DNA from: the human T2T-CHM13v2.0 reference genome, Homo sapiens
Strand: one strand, 5' to 3'
Length of the DNA stretch: 64,000 bases
NCBI RefSeq assembly: GCF_009914755.1
Contig: NC_060926.1
Position numbers and translations under genes: made by a program. The notes under the pieces are model-generated. The model had not been told where the DNA came from, made no database searches, and was given only the letters and a program-made list of their open reading frames with translations. How positions within the stretch are numbered: the first letter of the stretch is position 1; each line of letters opens with the position of its first letter. Below, piece after piece: positions 39,468 to 56,422 of the stretch.

Positions 39468-40689
39468 CCATCTTACTGAACTCACACAGAATATTCAAAA
39501 ATAAAAGTTCACCTTCCTTTAAATTATTATAATTAAATACTTTTAACTATCTCCACTAATTTGTGGAGGTGATTTCTTTAAAAAGGCTAGCTAATAAAAC
39601 ATTAGCAACAGACTGTAGAGAAACACGTGGTGTTGAGTAAAGATACATTTCTTGTGCCTTCTCACAATGCCCCAGATTTGAGGTGTCAGCAGCCAGAAGG
39701 CTTTGGAGCCATAGGCATGGCATTCTATATACACTACAATCAGTTTCTGCTTTGTGACTTAGCTAAAGTTGGAAAACTTACAGATATTCTCTACTTAATT
39801 TTAACCTTCCATCTAATAACTGCTTATTAGCATCAATGATTCCAAGTCAGATGGGAAAAGGAAAAGCTTGAACCACTAAATTTTCCAGCAATTCCAGTAA
39901 CAGCTTTAAAAAATGAATTCGTATTTTTTATTATCCCATTATTTTTTACCAGGTCTTTATAAGCCAGGACTCTGAAAATCAACTCTAGCATTTACCAAGT
40001 AGCTAATTTTGTTTAAAATATTTTATCCATTAAGAGCCGCAGATTAAAAAAATGACTACACAAAAACAGCTGTTAGAGATAATTTAATTCCACCTCTGTT
40101 TGAAAAGCCTAGGTTTGGGTAAGGTACTCAACGCTTGCTTAATCAGTATTCTTGGGACTCAATCAAATATAACTCATGCTTGAAAATCAAGGTAATAATA
40201 AAATAAAAATAAAAGTAAAAAAAATTCAAGGTTACTCCCTAGGTAAGACCCACATGGAAATCCATAAGAAAAACTTCTCAATTTAGCCACTGAGCTACTA
40301 AAATACCTAGATTTCAAGCATTCCCTTTAAATATATCACATAAAAATGATGGCTCTCTTAATTATACTAACTTCCATACTCCCATATAAATGGGATACAT
40401 AAATGGGAGTATGGACATGAATATTAAATAGGCCTAGAACTTGCTCTTAATTTCAAACACACTATTTTTTTTCTTGTGCTCACCTGTATATGAAAATTGG
40501 TTTTCAATTAAGTACAAATATGGAATTAATTTTGAGTCTTTCAAAATATTCATTACCTTAAATTTAAACTTAATGTGAATCACATGACCTTCATTTTAAC
40601 CCCAAAACACCCTTTAAATGTACAGGAAAAGACTAATTGGATTTAATGTAATCAAATCATATTTTAATTGGGAGAAAAGGAAAAGGAAA

Positions 40690-41900
40690 AAAAAGCATAT
40701 TATAAAATTAGTTACTCTAATGAAAAAAGATGGGTGCAAAGAGAAAAATGACTGCACTATCAAGACAGCATAAAACTGGCATAAAGACAGACATAGAGAT
40801 CAATGAAACAGATCAGACAGCATAAAAATAGACCCACCCATATATGATCAATTGATTTTTAAATAATGACGACAAGGTAATTCGGTGGGAAAAAAATAGT
40901 GCCTTCAACAAATGATGCTGGAACAAACAACTGACAGCGTGAGGGGAAATGTATCTTAATCCTTACCTTATACTATATAAAAAAATTAACCTAAAATTCA
41001 TCGTAGACATACATGTAAAAGCTAAAATTACGAACTATTGAAAAAATAAAAGTAAATCGTTACAAATTCAGGGTAGGCAATAATTTCTTAGGACTTAAAG
41101 CACAAACTACAAAAAGCAAAGTGATTAACTGGACTTTTTCAGTATTTTAAAACTCTGCTCTTCAAAAGACACCATTAAGAAAATGAAAAGGCAAGCAACA
41201 GACTGAAAAAAATACTCAGAGCACATATATCTGACGAAGGACTTGTATCCAGAATTTATAAAGAACTTTTACAATGTAGTAAGAAAACAACTCAAAAAAG
41301 ATACAAACACTTCACCAAACAAGATATATCAGTGGCATATTAACACATAAAAGATGCTCAACATCATCATCAAAAAAAAAAAAGAAAATTAAATCCAAAA
41401 TGAGACACTATTACACACCAACTAAAGCGGCTCAAAATCTAAAGACTGCAGATGATGTAGAGCGACTGGACCGTCTTGCACTGCTGGCAAATAAGGAAAA
41501 TGGTATAGTTGCTTTGGGATACAGTTCGGCAGTTTCTTAAAATGTTAAACATATAGCTCTACTTAGCCTAAATCCGGTATCAACCCAAATGCAGGTGAAC
41601 TGACAAAGGATTAAAGCATACAGACAACATGTATGATTCCATTTACATGAAAGTCTAAAAAAAAACAAAACTAATTTATAGTGATATAAAGCAGGTCACT
41701 GGCTGCCTGGGGCTGGAGGTGGTAGGAGGGAATAGACTGGCAAGGGGTACAACGCAATTTTGGAGGTAATGCTCTGTATTTTCGGGCAATATTCTTGTGA
41801 TGGTAGTTACAAAGATGCACTCATTTAAAACTCATCAAATTGTCTACTTATATAAGGTATGTTTTATATAAAAGTACTTCTATAAAGTTAATTTAAAAAT
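40690..41900 (+). mobile_element. Old L1M 3' fragment
   Basis: Decayed L1 ORF2 C-terminus and 3'UTR motifs. Confidence 0.65.
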
Positions 41901-41990
41901 AAGACATAACTCAATACATGTATGATGTTCATACAGTTCCATGATCCATTTTATACAGTTTTCTCTAAAAGTACCCAAAGAGACTCTCTA

Positions 41991-42572
<582 letters not shown>

Positions 42573-43947
42573 AATTTTCTGGTAACTTTAATGGTATGTT
42601 TCAGAAATAGGTCCCATAATCTCCATCCTCCCCCAACAAAACTACATAACTTATTTATATAAAGGAAATCTATTTCTTAAAATGTGTGCACACACACACA
42701 AACAGTATTTAGGACTGTCCCTTGTCCCCCCATTGTGAACATTTTAATGTTATCTGAACAAGTAACTAATCAATTCCCTGTATTTAATGCTAAAATTATT
42801 TTAACAGTACACTATGGGATGATAATAATAATAGACTTACAAAACACCACTACTGTTATACTACCACCAAAAGTAACAGGATTAGGTTTCTTTCTGTGTG
42901 ATGTGATCACAGTAAGAGATCAAAAAATAGCATAGCATAGCATGGGGGCTGGGGGAGGAGGGGGGAACTGCCATTCTCAAAGCCTATTCCTGCTTTACGA
43001 TTTAAGGGATACAAAGTGGAACTTTCTAATTCTTCAATAATTAACATATGCATATGTTTTAAAAATCTACTGATCTGCTTAATAAACTTCAAAAGAACAT
43101 GATTATTTAGGGAAAAAAAACCCTCTTTTAAAACAAAAGCAGGCAGTAATTAAAAGCTGAGTTCTTTAGTTTCCTTGTCCTTCCCACTTACACTTAAATA
43201 TGTGTCGAATATTATTTAACGAAATTATAAAGCACTATTTCCCATTTCAATTAAATATCAAAATTAGAATATTTTTATGGGCATTTTCAGCAATACTTAA
43301 TCTGATGTTAACAGTGATTCATCATACCAAACTAGTAAAATTCTCATTAAAATCTAAAGCTTATTTGCCTCCTAGATGACAATTTAGGTATATTTCTACA
43401 GTTTTTCTAGAAGACTTAATATTTTCTGAAGGCAAAAAATCCTGATTCATATCAAGTAATGAAAATAAATTATTACTCTAAACCTCACAATCTAGATATA
43501 AAAATGCGATTGCTTTTTAAAAATGAAGGCAAATCACTGGTCTAATACTAATTTTTTAAATTACTTTAATAACATTTATATATCTAACAAATCACAAATG
43601 TTAATTTTCCCAATCTTGATTTATTAGAAATAAAGATTATAGGTGACAGAATTTTGAAAAGGGGCTCATGGCTTTGTATGCACTGAAATCAACTTACATT
43701 TTACTATTTTATGCAATATTTTCTCAAACCTAATTTTATGAATAAAATATGTAATTATCCTAATGTTTAGTCCTTAGGGAAGACTATACTGGTATAGTCT
43801 TCATATTTTCAAAGGTGCAGTTAGCAACTGAGAGAACAGAAGTAATAAATCAAAGCTAGGATTTTTAACCTTTCTAACATGTGAGACAGGCAGAGAAACA
43901 GAAGTAAGTAATTTACCCAGGTCAACATAAATCACACATCAGCTCTA

Positions 43948-44094
<147 letters not shown>

Positions 44095-44179
44095 TCAGTA
44101 AATCAAACCAGGTTTTAGAAAATCAAACAAACTTACACATTTGAAATTACAAACTACAGGATAACATCCCTTAAACATT

Positions 44180-44200
44180 TGTGTGTGTGTGTGTGTGTGT
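44180..44200 (+). repeat. (TG)10 microsatellite, (CA)10 in the CUL3 pre-mRNA
   Basis: Seen directly. Confidence 0.95.
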
Positions 44201-44573
44201 ATGGACTTTAAAACTTAAAGGAAACTTTAGGAATCAAGTTCAGTTTCAACTTTCTATAGGCAAGACCTTGAGAGAGTCCTAAGTAACTCAGCTAGATATT
44301 AAATGACAAAGGCCCCACACTAAATAATTTCTACTGTACACTCTGCCCCAACCTACTGCTGCTCAGCCCTTGCTGTTCTTAAGACCACCTTTCTCCATAG
44401 TAACCCAATAATCAATTTGTTCTAAGTCAGTAGCAGACATCAACAGTACAAAATATACTCCTATACCACAGTACGAAAAATACTCAATGCACATTTATAA
44501 AATATTCCTCTGGGAAAAGTTTATGTAATTTTTTCTTACATATTAAAATTATAAAGGATAAACTCTCCCTTTG

Positions 44574-46468
44574 TTTTTGTTGTTCAAAACTGGTAGTTTT
44601 TCTTGAATTTTTATATTTATGTTTTTTGTCACTATCCACACCATATTTTTTCCAAAGCCTGAGCCACTCTGTGGTTCTTGCCCCAATATAACAATCATCC
44701 CTTCACTCTTAGAATTCCTTTTCCCTTGTCATTTTGCCTTTCTACAGTTTATAAAAAATGAGGACTTTGGGGAGGGAAAAAACCCAACATTTCTGTGAAC
44801 TCGAGACTATAGGCAGTGCCTAAACCAGTAGGATCAGGCAAATAAAACTAGTTGGACAGCAGACATATCATGAACTCTTGCAACAGCGTGTTATCTGTGT
44901 GCATGTCTAAAGTGTTATACTGATTCACTATTACAATAAGGATCATGCAGTTGACCAGGGTGAAGCAGGACTGTCTACAGGATTATGTGAATTGTGGTGG
45001 TGGAGACAGTATACAAGATTAATGGATTAAAACCTAGCTGCTTTCCTGGAAAATGGCCTATGTTCTAAAAGACAAAATCTAGTTTTTATTTTTTTAATTT
45101 ATGAAGCTACAAGTCAATAATATGCTAGTGCTTCTGGTTCAAAATGAAAGCAACTGGCTATGGTAATGTAGAGAAGACAGCAGGAATAGCACCAGAATGT
45201 TCGAGGCTTTTTAAGTTAAATTCTTAGTTACTTCACCTTACAAAGATACATGTCAATATGCTGAATACTCAACAAAGATCCAGGATATGGGCTATTTAAA
45301 AATACGTATCTCCTGGATCAGCACCAAAAATATCTTTAGTTTCTGTACAACCCACGTCAAGTTTTTAAGTGTAGGCAAGTCGAAATTATTTCTGATACAA
45401 ATCACAAACTCCACAGAAATCATTCAAGATATATTCAAACAACTTTCAAATACATTTTGACATCAAGGTCAGGCAATTCACCTGGAAGAACATCTTAATA
45501 AGTACCAATGAATTTTTTGTAGTAAGATGTTTGATGTCAACCTTTTACTATGGGAATATTTTACATCTCACACAAAGAAGGCACTGGTACTTGGACACTT
45601 AAGACAATTACTAGAATCATTAAGACTAAGGTGAAGAATTTGTACAGTGCCTTCCACAATTTCAAAGAGGTCGTGACAGATACTTGTCCTCCTGGCAATA
45701 TCAAATACAGTTTCTTCCCAGTTGTTTTTTCAGATCTGGTTTGAGGTTAACAGTTCACCAGTAGATGTTCTAGAGTAGCTCTGCTGTCTCTGATCCCAGC
45801 AGCAAGATGCAAGTGGGTCAAGAGACCTTTTGTTTGGTCACTGATAACTAATCTACACCATGCTGAAGAAATAAAGAAGCCACTCTGGTATTATTCCACT
45901 TATAAGCACCCTGCAGGGGTGTCCAGCTATCTACGGTCACTGCAAAAACTTCTGCCCCTTGTGCAATCAGCTCACAGACAATGTCTAAGTGTCCACCTTA
46001 GGCTGCTCGATGAAGGGGGTGATACACTCATCTTCATCCCTAGTGTTCACACGAGTGGTCTTTTCACAAAGCAGTCTCCACACTGGATAAGCCAATTATT
46101 TTCAGCAGCCCAAAAAAAATATTTGCTTGGATCTTTCTCTGTTTTTTTCTTGCATATCACTCTTGTTTTTTTTTCATCTTGCTCCTCTTCCTCATCAAAA
46201 CTGCCATCTCAGAGACTCTGAGTACTAGTGGGAATAAGGTATCCACGTATTTCCAACAATTGGAGTTAGCTGAAGTGTTCAGAAAAGTCCAAGGAATTCT
46301 CTGGGTCTAGTTTTCCATCATCATTTACTTTCTCTTTTTCCATTTTTACTGCTGCTCTAAATAAAAGGCATTTCAAATGCCAGCATATAAACAATCTTTC
46401 TAGAGATAAATTATGCCTGCTTTACTTTACTCATCAAGATCCTATAGAGGGGGAAATTGCTGTATGCC
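44574..46468 (-). pseudogene. ANKRD49P1: Processed pseudogene (retrocopy) of ANKRD49 in CUL3 intron 11; decayed CDS 45620-46343
   Basis: Minus strand reads MEKEKVNDDGKLDPENSLDFSEHFS*...WAAE...VNTRDEDE...PLHRAA*GGHLDIV...WTPL...TKGLLTHLHLAAG...FDIARRTSI...FEIVEG...TNSSP*S*, matching recalled ANKRD49. The CDS is intronless with stops and frameshifts. An A-rich tail lies at 44574-44584 and a 16/19 direct repeat at 44555-44573 and 46469-46487. The P1 number is from memory. Confidence 0.92.
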
Positions 46469-46604
46469 AGGATAAATGCTCCTTTTGATCACGAGGTAAT
46501 AAATGGAATACATTCATCCTCAATTACGGATACTAATGTTCAAATTCATTTTTAATTTTGAACACTTACTTGTACACAGTGATACAAAGTCTGATTTTGA
46601 TTTA

Positions 46605-47165
<561 letters not shown>

Positions 47166-49135
47166 AAAAAAACAGATTTCCTTAAAGGTTAGACCCACCC
47201 AGTGTTTCCCAAATTTTAACTACATGGCAAATAGCTTAATTATTGCTTATTATGTTAATTTAAAAACACTGACCAAAGAATAGTTTTTGGCACATAAATC
47301 AAGTCTTACTGTTATCACTGAGAACTGAAAAGTTTGGGCCTTTTTAAATAAAAGGTCAAGGAGGGTCAATTATATCATTTTAGAGAAAATTCTAGCATAA
47401 TATCCTTCGTCTCAGTTTTAAAATATTTTTACTATCTTAATACATATTTCTAATATTCCAGCACCTATTTCAACTACAGTTAATTAAAACTTTTACGTTT
47501 TAGCATGTAGCTCACATTCTAACAACCTCTGCATACAGATCCAGTGCTATAACACTATAGATCCAGTGCTACAGAGCAGGTGCTCTACAAATATCTGTAC
47601 AATGAATAACTACTTCTATGCTAGTATCAACTGTCACAATTATTTTCTTCCTTTAAACAAATTAAATTTTTAAGTAAACAACAATAAGGCACAACAAAAA
47701 CTCTTAAAGATTAAATATTATTTCTATTATTGATATTCAGGATGTGTTATAAACCATCATTCCATTTTTATCTTACCTCAATGATTTAGTAATGTAAATT
47801 TTTAAGGGGAGGAATCAGTTTATGAATATCAAGAAGCATTCTACACTCCGATTTCTTCACAAGTATCCACTAAATGATTACTTAACTTTAAGGAAACTGA
47901 AAATAAACTTGGATGATGCACAGAAGAGAGGATCATAGAGGAGACTCTTAGATGGTGTACTGGGGGAGGTGGAGAACTGTTTATACATTCGCAAGTTGGT
48001 TAGGGGAAGGGAGGGTCACAAAGTGGACAGTCCATCCATCCCATATCAATATGCATGGGATCTAGCCCAATCTTCCCTATAGCTTTCAATGTGTAAGATT
48101 AGTGGAAGAAAAAAATTTAAAAACTTACTAGAGCAAACAAAAAAATACAAGAAAATATATCAATATATTAGATTTAACTATAAATTCCTTAACAATCTAA
48201 AAATAAAAATCCAGGATAATTACACCACTATTTCCTGTCCACCCGAAATTTCTGTCATGGACTTGCATCTTTCCTCCTCTCAGCTCTTCTCCACTGTAAA
48301 CACTGATATTTATAAAGCAAATCATACAACTATTTACATTAGAGTCAGAATGTTTTCATAGAAATGAATGGTTATTCTACAGAATTACGTATTTTCACGT
48401 ATCTGGTTTGCGAGACTATAAGGCCAGTAGAAGTGATGATCTCATATTTAGATACCAAAGGAAAAGACTCACAAATCTGTTAAATGGTTGTGACACATTT
48501 TAACCATAGAGTGGTACACGGTGATTTTAAAAATTTAAAAACTGTACAATTCTCTAAACTTAAGGTTAAGTTGAAAATCAGAGTAAAAAATGAAACTAAA
48601 TTCTGAATTTCATTAAATGCTCATAAAACTCCCATCAGACTCCAAAGCTAAAGAAGTTCCAGCTCACCACCTTTGGGGAGTTATACCAAACACATTTATA
48701 ATACATTAATTTCTGTGTTTTTATAGTCTCACTTCACCTGCTACGCACCCTTAGGATGTAAGTCCCATTTAAGCTAAACTTACAGAGGAGAATAATAGTA
48801 GTGAGGTATAGGAAGGTCAGGTGACTATCCCAAGATGACACAATCTTGGGGTAAAGTGAAAAGAAGAGTACTGAAACTCAGTAAACTTGTGTTAAGCCCA
48901 GTACTCTTTCCACAATTTATAATAGATTTGTATTATCTTTATTAACAACAGAATAATTCTCTTTATTAAATTGTCAGTGTATTCCTTCAAGTGGGAAGAA
49001 ACAACTAAATTTTAAAAGAATAAAAAGTTTTAACATAAACACAGAATAAGAGGCAATGTGAAGGAAAATTAAGTACTCACAGATAAAACACATGTTGTCA
49101 CTAATGACATTTAAAGAAACAACTGTCATCTGCTA

Positions 49136-49393
<258 letters not shown>

Positions 49394-49861
49394 TCATGTT
49401 ATTGCTATCCCTGATAATCTTCCTGTAAATTTTTCCAACAGTTGCTCTGTGCCTGTGGTTATCAAACTTTAGGATTTTAAAATGCAAATTCCCAGATTCT
49501 TTCAGAGATTCCAATATACCCCCATGAAAGGCAGGGCCCAGAACTGTTTTTAACTAGCATCTCAGGTGATTCACGTGCAAGTATTCTATGGACCACACTT
49601 TGTGAAAAAGAACTACACAGCATAGCCTCTTTATTGTTTCCCTTTTACTAATCCTCCCTTCCAGGCCTCCATGAATGTATCCTGACACACCAACAGAAAT
49701 TCCAGCAAACTCTGAATGTCCCTGAACTTGAACAAATGTTAGTGTAGTCTGTGTTCTTCTCCAAAACAATCTACCTTTATTTCTAGAAATAAACACTTAA
49801 TAATCTACCAAATTAATTTCCAATCACGTTGTCAGTACACAATCATAATAAACCTCAGTTA

Positions 49862-50131
<270 letters not shown>

Positions 50132-50469
50132 TTACAGCTTAAAAACACTATTGTTTGAAAACATAGATATCTGGTTGACATACATCAAAAAAAGGGATAC
50201 GGTTTGAGAAAGTGTCTCCTACTTCACACAGTAGCATCATTCTTACATTCTCATTTAGTGCATCATGAATGAGGGGTTGGAGTGGAATTCTATTCCGTAG
50301 AGGGCTACCACTGAATTGGAGGCATAAGGTAATATAGCGCTGGGTTAAGGGATGATTGAGAACAGATGAAATGAAATTTTAGTCACAGAGATTATTTTAT
50401 GAAGCCTTTGCATATGCAGGCAAAAACTTACACAGCCAAAAGACGGAATTTTTCATTTAAGCTCACTGA

Positions 50470-50849
<380 letters not shown>

Positions 50850-51381
50850 TGCCCTTACTTTTAAATAAGGGCAAAAGGATTCTGTGGCAGGTTGTATTAA
50901 TATATTTGAAAAACGGAAGACCAAATGAATGCATAAATTAATAGACTTTTCTATTCTGTGCAACCTTAGTGATTTTGTTCCCTTATTGCAGCTACTGCCT
51001 GTAAAACCTGTGACGACATGTTGCTTTTCCCTTTGGTGTCACAAATTCCAAAATGAAGTCAAAAGAGACCAATTCAGATGTGAGCATGTTTTATGCTTCA
51101 GTTGATTTTCTATGCTGTCGTGAGCTCCTCAGGTTCCAGAGATATCATATATCACAAAGGCTTGAAATTGAGCTACACCAACCATTTTCTGAGATGAGAT
51201 CTACTCTATCTATGCCTTAATATTCTTGGCATCCAATTATTGTTTGACATATAACCTTCAGAACCAGATGAGAGCAAACAACACTCTCTACTAGAAAGTT
51301 TTCTAGTTCTTTATCTTCAGCATGCCTAACTCTCAGTCATAAAAATGACTGTTTACCAACTACAGCTGTGTAGTTGTTCAG

Positions 51382-51978
<597 letters not shown>

Positions 51979-52198
51979 AGTTGCTTGTTTTTGAAGCCAA
52001 TTACACATTAAGTGAAATGTCTAACTACGTTTGGGCATGTCAAGTATTTCAAACAATATTTTTTAATAGACCATGGCACCCATTTAAGCACAGCAATGGG
52101 TCATGCTTAATTTTTATCTGTGAAATGTCCTAATTTTACATATAATTTTATATCTTTAAATAAAATTAAATGTTATTTTCAAATGCATTACTACTTAC

Positions 52199-52375
52199 CC
52201 CTTTGACTCCCTTTTTCAGCTTATCATCAATAAATAATGAGAGGTATTCAGGAGACCTGGAGTTGAGGTTGAGAAAATACTCAAAGTCACCCGCAATAGT
52301 TTGTTTAAAGAGACGGTCATTGTTGAATGATTCCAGGAGGAAGCGATCGAACCTACTCTTCAGATCCAATAAGCC
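52199..52375 (-). CDS. CUL3: CUL3 exon 8 (177 nt, [12 protein letters not shown]...[10 protein letters not shown])
   Basis: ORF 52166..52369; acceptor tttctaag, donor gtaagt. Confidence 0.97.
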
Positions 52376-53100
52376 CTTAGAAATAAAAACAAAATTTAGG
52401 ACACATTATAATAATTTTTCCATAAATAATACACTTATGACCATGTATGTTTATCTTAACTTTGCTGGTAATAAACATGTATATTCATTTTTAAACTTAC
52501 AGTTTTGATATTATTTTCAAGCCTATATCTAAGCCTCTATTAAAAATGTCAATGAGAGAAGTATTATAACTTCCATATATGTATTAATACAATGCAAACG
52601 AACCAAAGAACCTCCTCACTGTTTCTCATTCTCCTGTCTTGATGGAATGGGTTAGCCAGTGAAAAAAATTAGCTTAAAAAATGTACCAAAAAAAGCTGAT
52701 TATGTTAAAACACAAAACATGGCACATAATTTATTCATAGTACTCCTTGAAAACAAAACATTTTCAAACAAAAAATACTTAAACCAGTTGTTTTTTCCAA
52801 TATACTACAGTATACAAACACTAAGGCATACCAAAGAACCTCACATTCACTATTGAGGCTATTTAAACAAGGTCTTCATCAAAGAAGTTAAATGAAAAGT
52901 AGCAGCTGAATTTTAGCTCCCTGATATAAATACGCACACCTTGCAAAATCCTAAAATATGTAGGATAATTACAAATATTAATTTACTACTGGGACAATTA
53001 AGTTGAAAGTACACAATACACAGCATGGTAAAAGTGGCCTTTTTAGCACTTGTCAAAATGCCTTTATCATAAACACAGAGAATCTTCTGGGTTTACTTAC

Positions 53101-53246
53101 CTGGATATAGTCAACAGGATTCTTTCCTTCTCCTTCTTCAGAAACAAGAGCTTTACCTTGCTCCCTCAAATAGGAACTCATACACTCACACATTGTTTTC
53201 AAACCATTTGGCACACGACTAAATAACTTGTACATGCAACCAAGGT
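53101..53246 (-). CDS. CUL3: CUL3 exon 7 (146 nt, [49 protein letters not shown])
   Basis: ORF 53053..53235; acceptor tttgtag, donor gtaagt. Confidence 0.97.
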
Positions 53247-54146
53247 CTACAAATCAGAAAACACAAATTGGCTACATTAAAGATTAAAGAAAAAAACACG
53301 AATCTCTGTTCACGCTATAATACTGAGAGAAGCTTATTTCTCCATTACCCCCATTTGCTGACCACATGACTATTAAAAATATACATATATTGATATGAAA
53401 ACATGAAGAAGTAGGCTAGTTAATGGTTATTATTGTAATTTATAAAACACAACTTTTAGATGAGATGCTTTGAAACCATCAATTAAATGTCCTAGCAAAT
53501 TTAAATTTACATGGAAGAGATGTCAAAAACCATAATAAACAAGTAATGTCACAAAAACATGGCAACTGCAGTTTTGAGTTCATAAATACTTTATCCTACA
53601 TAACTCTAATGCAGACCTAATGACACTACAAAACGTCTACAAAAAGGGTCACTAATTAAGAGGTAATTGGTAGTCCCTGTAATGAGGAAGAAATTTTAAA
53701 GCCAGTTTAAGTCTTATGGGTATTTCCAAAGGTTTAACTGATAATCATGAAAACAAATCAAATGAACTATACTAGGATTTACTTCATTACACCTCAGGTA
53801 AAGTTTTTATGAAATGTATAATATAAATACCACTTCTTCAATATTTTCCTGAGAGCAATCCCTAATGTTTCCCAGGTAGCATCCTAAGCCAATATCTGTA
53901 CTTCAAAATTTGGTCTATCTCACTATACTTTTTAAATTTAGAATGAAAACTCTGGATCCTATCCATTTTTTAATATCATTTTTCACAAGACTAAAATACA
54001 GATTTTAAAATACAGTTTTCCCATATGTCTAGTGTTTCTTTGCAATAACAACTTACTGGGAGAACACAGTGTCAGAACTTTACAATGATAATTTTAAAAG
54101 TTTTACAATCAATAACTTTTTAAAATGGCATTAAGAGTTTCTAGAT

Positions 54147-54420
54147 CAGAGGCTGACCAATGTTTTTTCTGTAAAGTATCAGATAATAAATATTTTAAAA
54201 TGTGAGCCATAGAGCTCTGACTCAACTACTCTGACGCTGTAGCAAGAAAGTAGCCACAGATAATACATAAATTATTCAGTGTGACTATGTTTCAAATAAA
54301 ACTTCATGGACCCTGAAAATTTATATAAATTTTCATGTGTAAATACTCTTGATTTTTTTTTTTTTTTAACAAAACTGGTAGTGCACCAGGCAGGCCCTAA
54401 TTTGCCTACCTTGGTCTACA
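54147..54420. mobile_element. MER58B-like hAT element
   Basis: ttttctgtaaag..cagataataaatatttt...tttcaaataaaactt...tttgcctaccttgg. Confidence 0.7.
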
Positions 54421-54919
54421 GTTCTAAGAGTAGTTTAGAGCTTAAAGTTGTATACATTTTTAAAATATTTCAAAGCAAGATTTACAAAGTTTTACTAAAC
54501 TTTATTTCAGTGACTTTCAGCAGCAAATTTTAGTTAGTTTCCATTAATAATATATGCCCATAGTAACCTACACATGGCAATTTTATAGCTTCTCACATAC
54601 TTAGCATAAATTACAACCAAGTTTCCCATATTTAGAACAGGTATTACAAATGCAACAATCTATGGACACATACTACAGTAAATGTGGCACACCAAATACT
54701 TCTAACAAAATGGTTCACAACTTGTCTATTTCAATCCTATGTTGTTGTAAGTTTTGCTTAGATATTACATGTTGTGTATTTAGTTGTACATAAATTACTA
54801 CAATTTCATTGTATTTAAATGTTGGGGTAAAGGGAATGTAAAAGTAAATGAAAATAATTTGGCATGCAAAAATTAAATATCATTATTTCTACATACACTT
54901 AATAAAATAATAAGATACT

Positions 54920-55245
<326 letters not shown>

Positions 55246-55472
55246 TCATAGTGCTATCTGCATCTAATAATCAATCCAATTTATCCTCCATTCACAGTGA
55301 GAAAACTGTTTTTCATTTTCTGATTTATGAGAATTTGGCTTCATAATGGTGAAGTTGGCTCTGCTATATTCTCAACAAGAGCAACATTTTTTCCAAGAGC
55401 AGGGCCTACCACAATTAGGATATTTTGCCACTAGGTTTCTAGCGGAAGCTCAGAAAAATTAACCCCCCCACC

Positions 55473-55769
55473 TTTTTTTTCTTAAGACAGGATCTCCCTC
55501 TGTAGCCCAGGCTGGAGTGCAGTGGCATCATCTTGGTTCACTGCAGCCTTGACCTCCCCAGCCAGATTCAAATGATCCTCTCACCTCAACCTCCCAAGTG
55601 GCTGGGACTAGGCATGTGCCATCATGCCCAGCTAATTTTTGTATTTTTCATAGAGACAGGGTTTCACCAATTTGCCCAGGTTGGTCTTAAACTCCTGAGC
55701 TCAAGCGATCCACCTGCTTCAGCCTCCCAAAAATACTGAGATTACAGGCGTTTGCCACCCTGCCTGGAC
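55473..55769 (-). mobile_element. AluJ (intron 6)
   Basis: Diverged reverse Alu dimer. Confidence 0.9.
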
Positions 55770-56129
55770 AAAAGCAGGATTTTAAAATTTAATTTAGAAT
55801 CACAGATAGCTACTGTGTTGTTGGAAACCTAAGGTACTAAATAAAGGAGAACTCTGGTGAGTACTATTATGGTATTCCTTCATTCACGTAAGTGCTCGCC
55901 ATGATAGGCATACCTGACACCTTTTACATACATCTCCACACAGGTTACAGAGATGCTGTAATTCAGGTATGCCCAACAACCTCTCCATCAAACATTTCCT
56001 ATCCCCTAAGGTAGGTAAGAAAGCATTCATTCAATACCTAAACAGTACATTACATAATTTATCAATACTCATTTTGTTTAAGCAGGGCAAATGCTTTGCA
56101 TAAAGTCCCAGTCTACCAGAGACCACTTA

Positions 56130-56422
56130 GAGAAGGGTCATCGAATTAGAACCCGTGGGGCAAATACAGCCTGCCATCTATTTATGTACAGCTCATGAAC
56201 TAAGGATGGTTTTCACATTTTTAATGGCTGAGGAAAAACTGTAAAGAATGCTATTTAGTGACACATAAAAATTATATGAAATTCAAGTTTCAGGGCCCAT
56301 AAATAAAGTCTTATAGAAACACAGGATTATTCATTTGTTATTGTCTAGGACTATTTTCTCACTATGACTGCGTGGCTCACAAGCCATTTTATTCAACAAC
56401 AAAAAAGCTTGCCAACCCCTGA
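56130..56422. mobile_element. MER58B-like element, opposite orientation to the copy at 54147
   Basis: aaattatatgaaattcaagtttcagggcccataaataaagt resembles the reverse complement of the core at ~54295-54335; ends cttgccaacccctg. Confidence 0.7.

Noticed and set aside
45919-46221. 100-aa plus-strand ORF in intron 11
   Set aside because: Antisense shadow of the ANKRD49 pseudogene CDS; starts at GTG and has no independent support.
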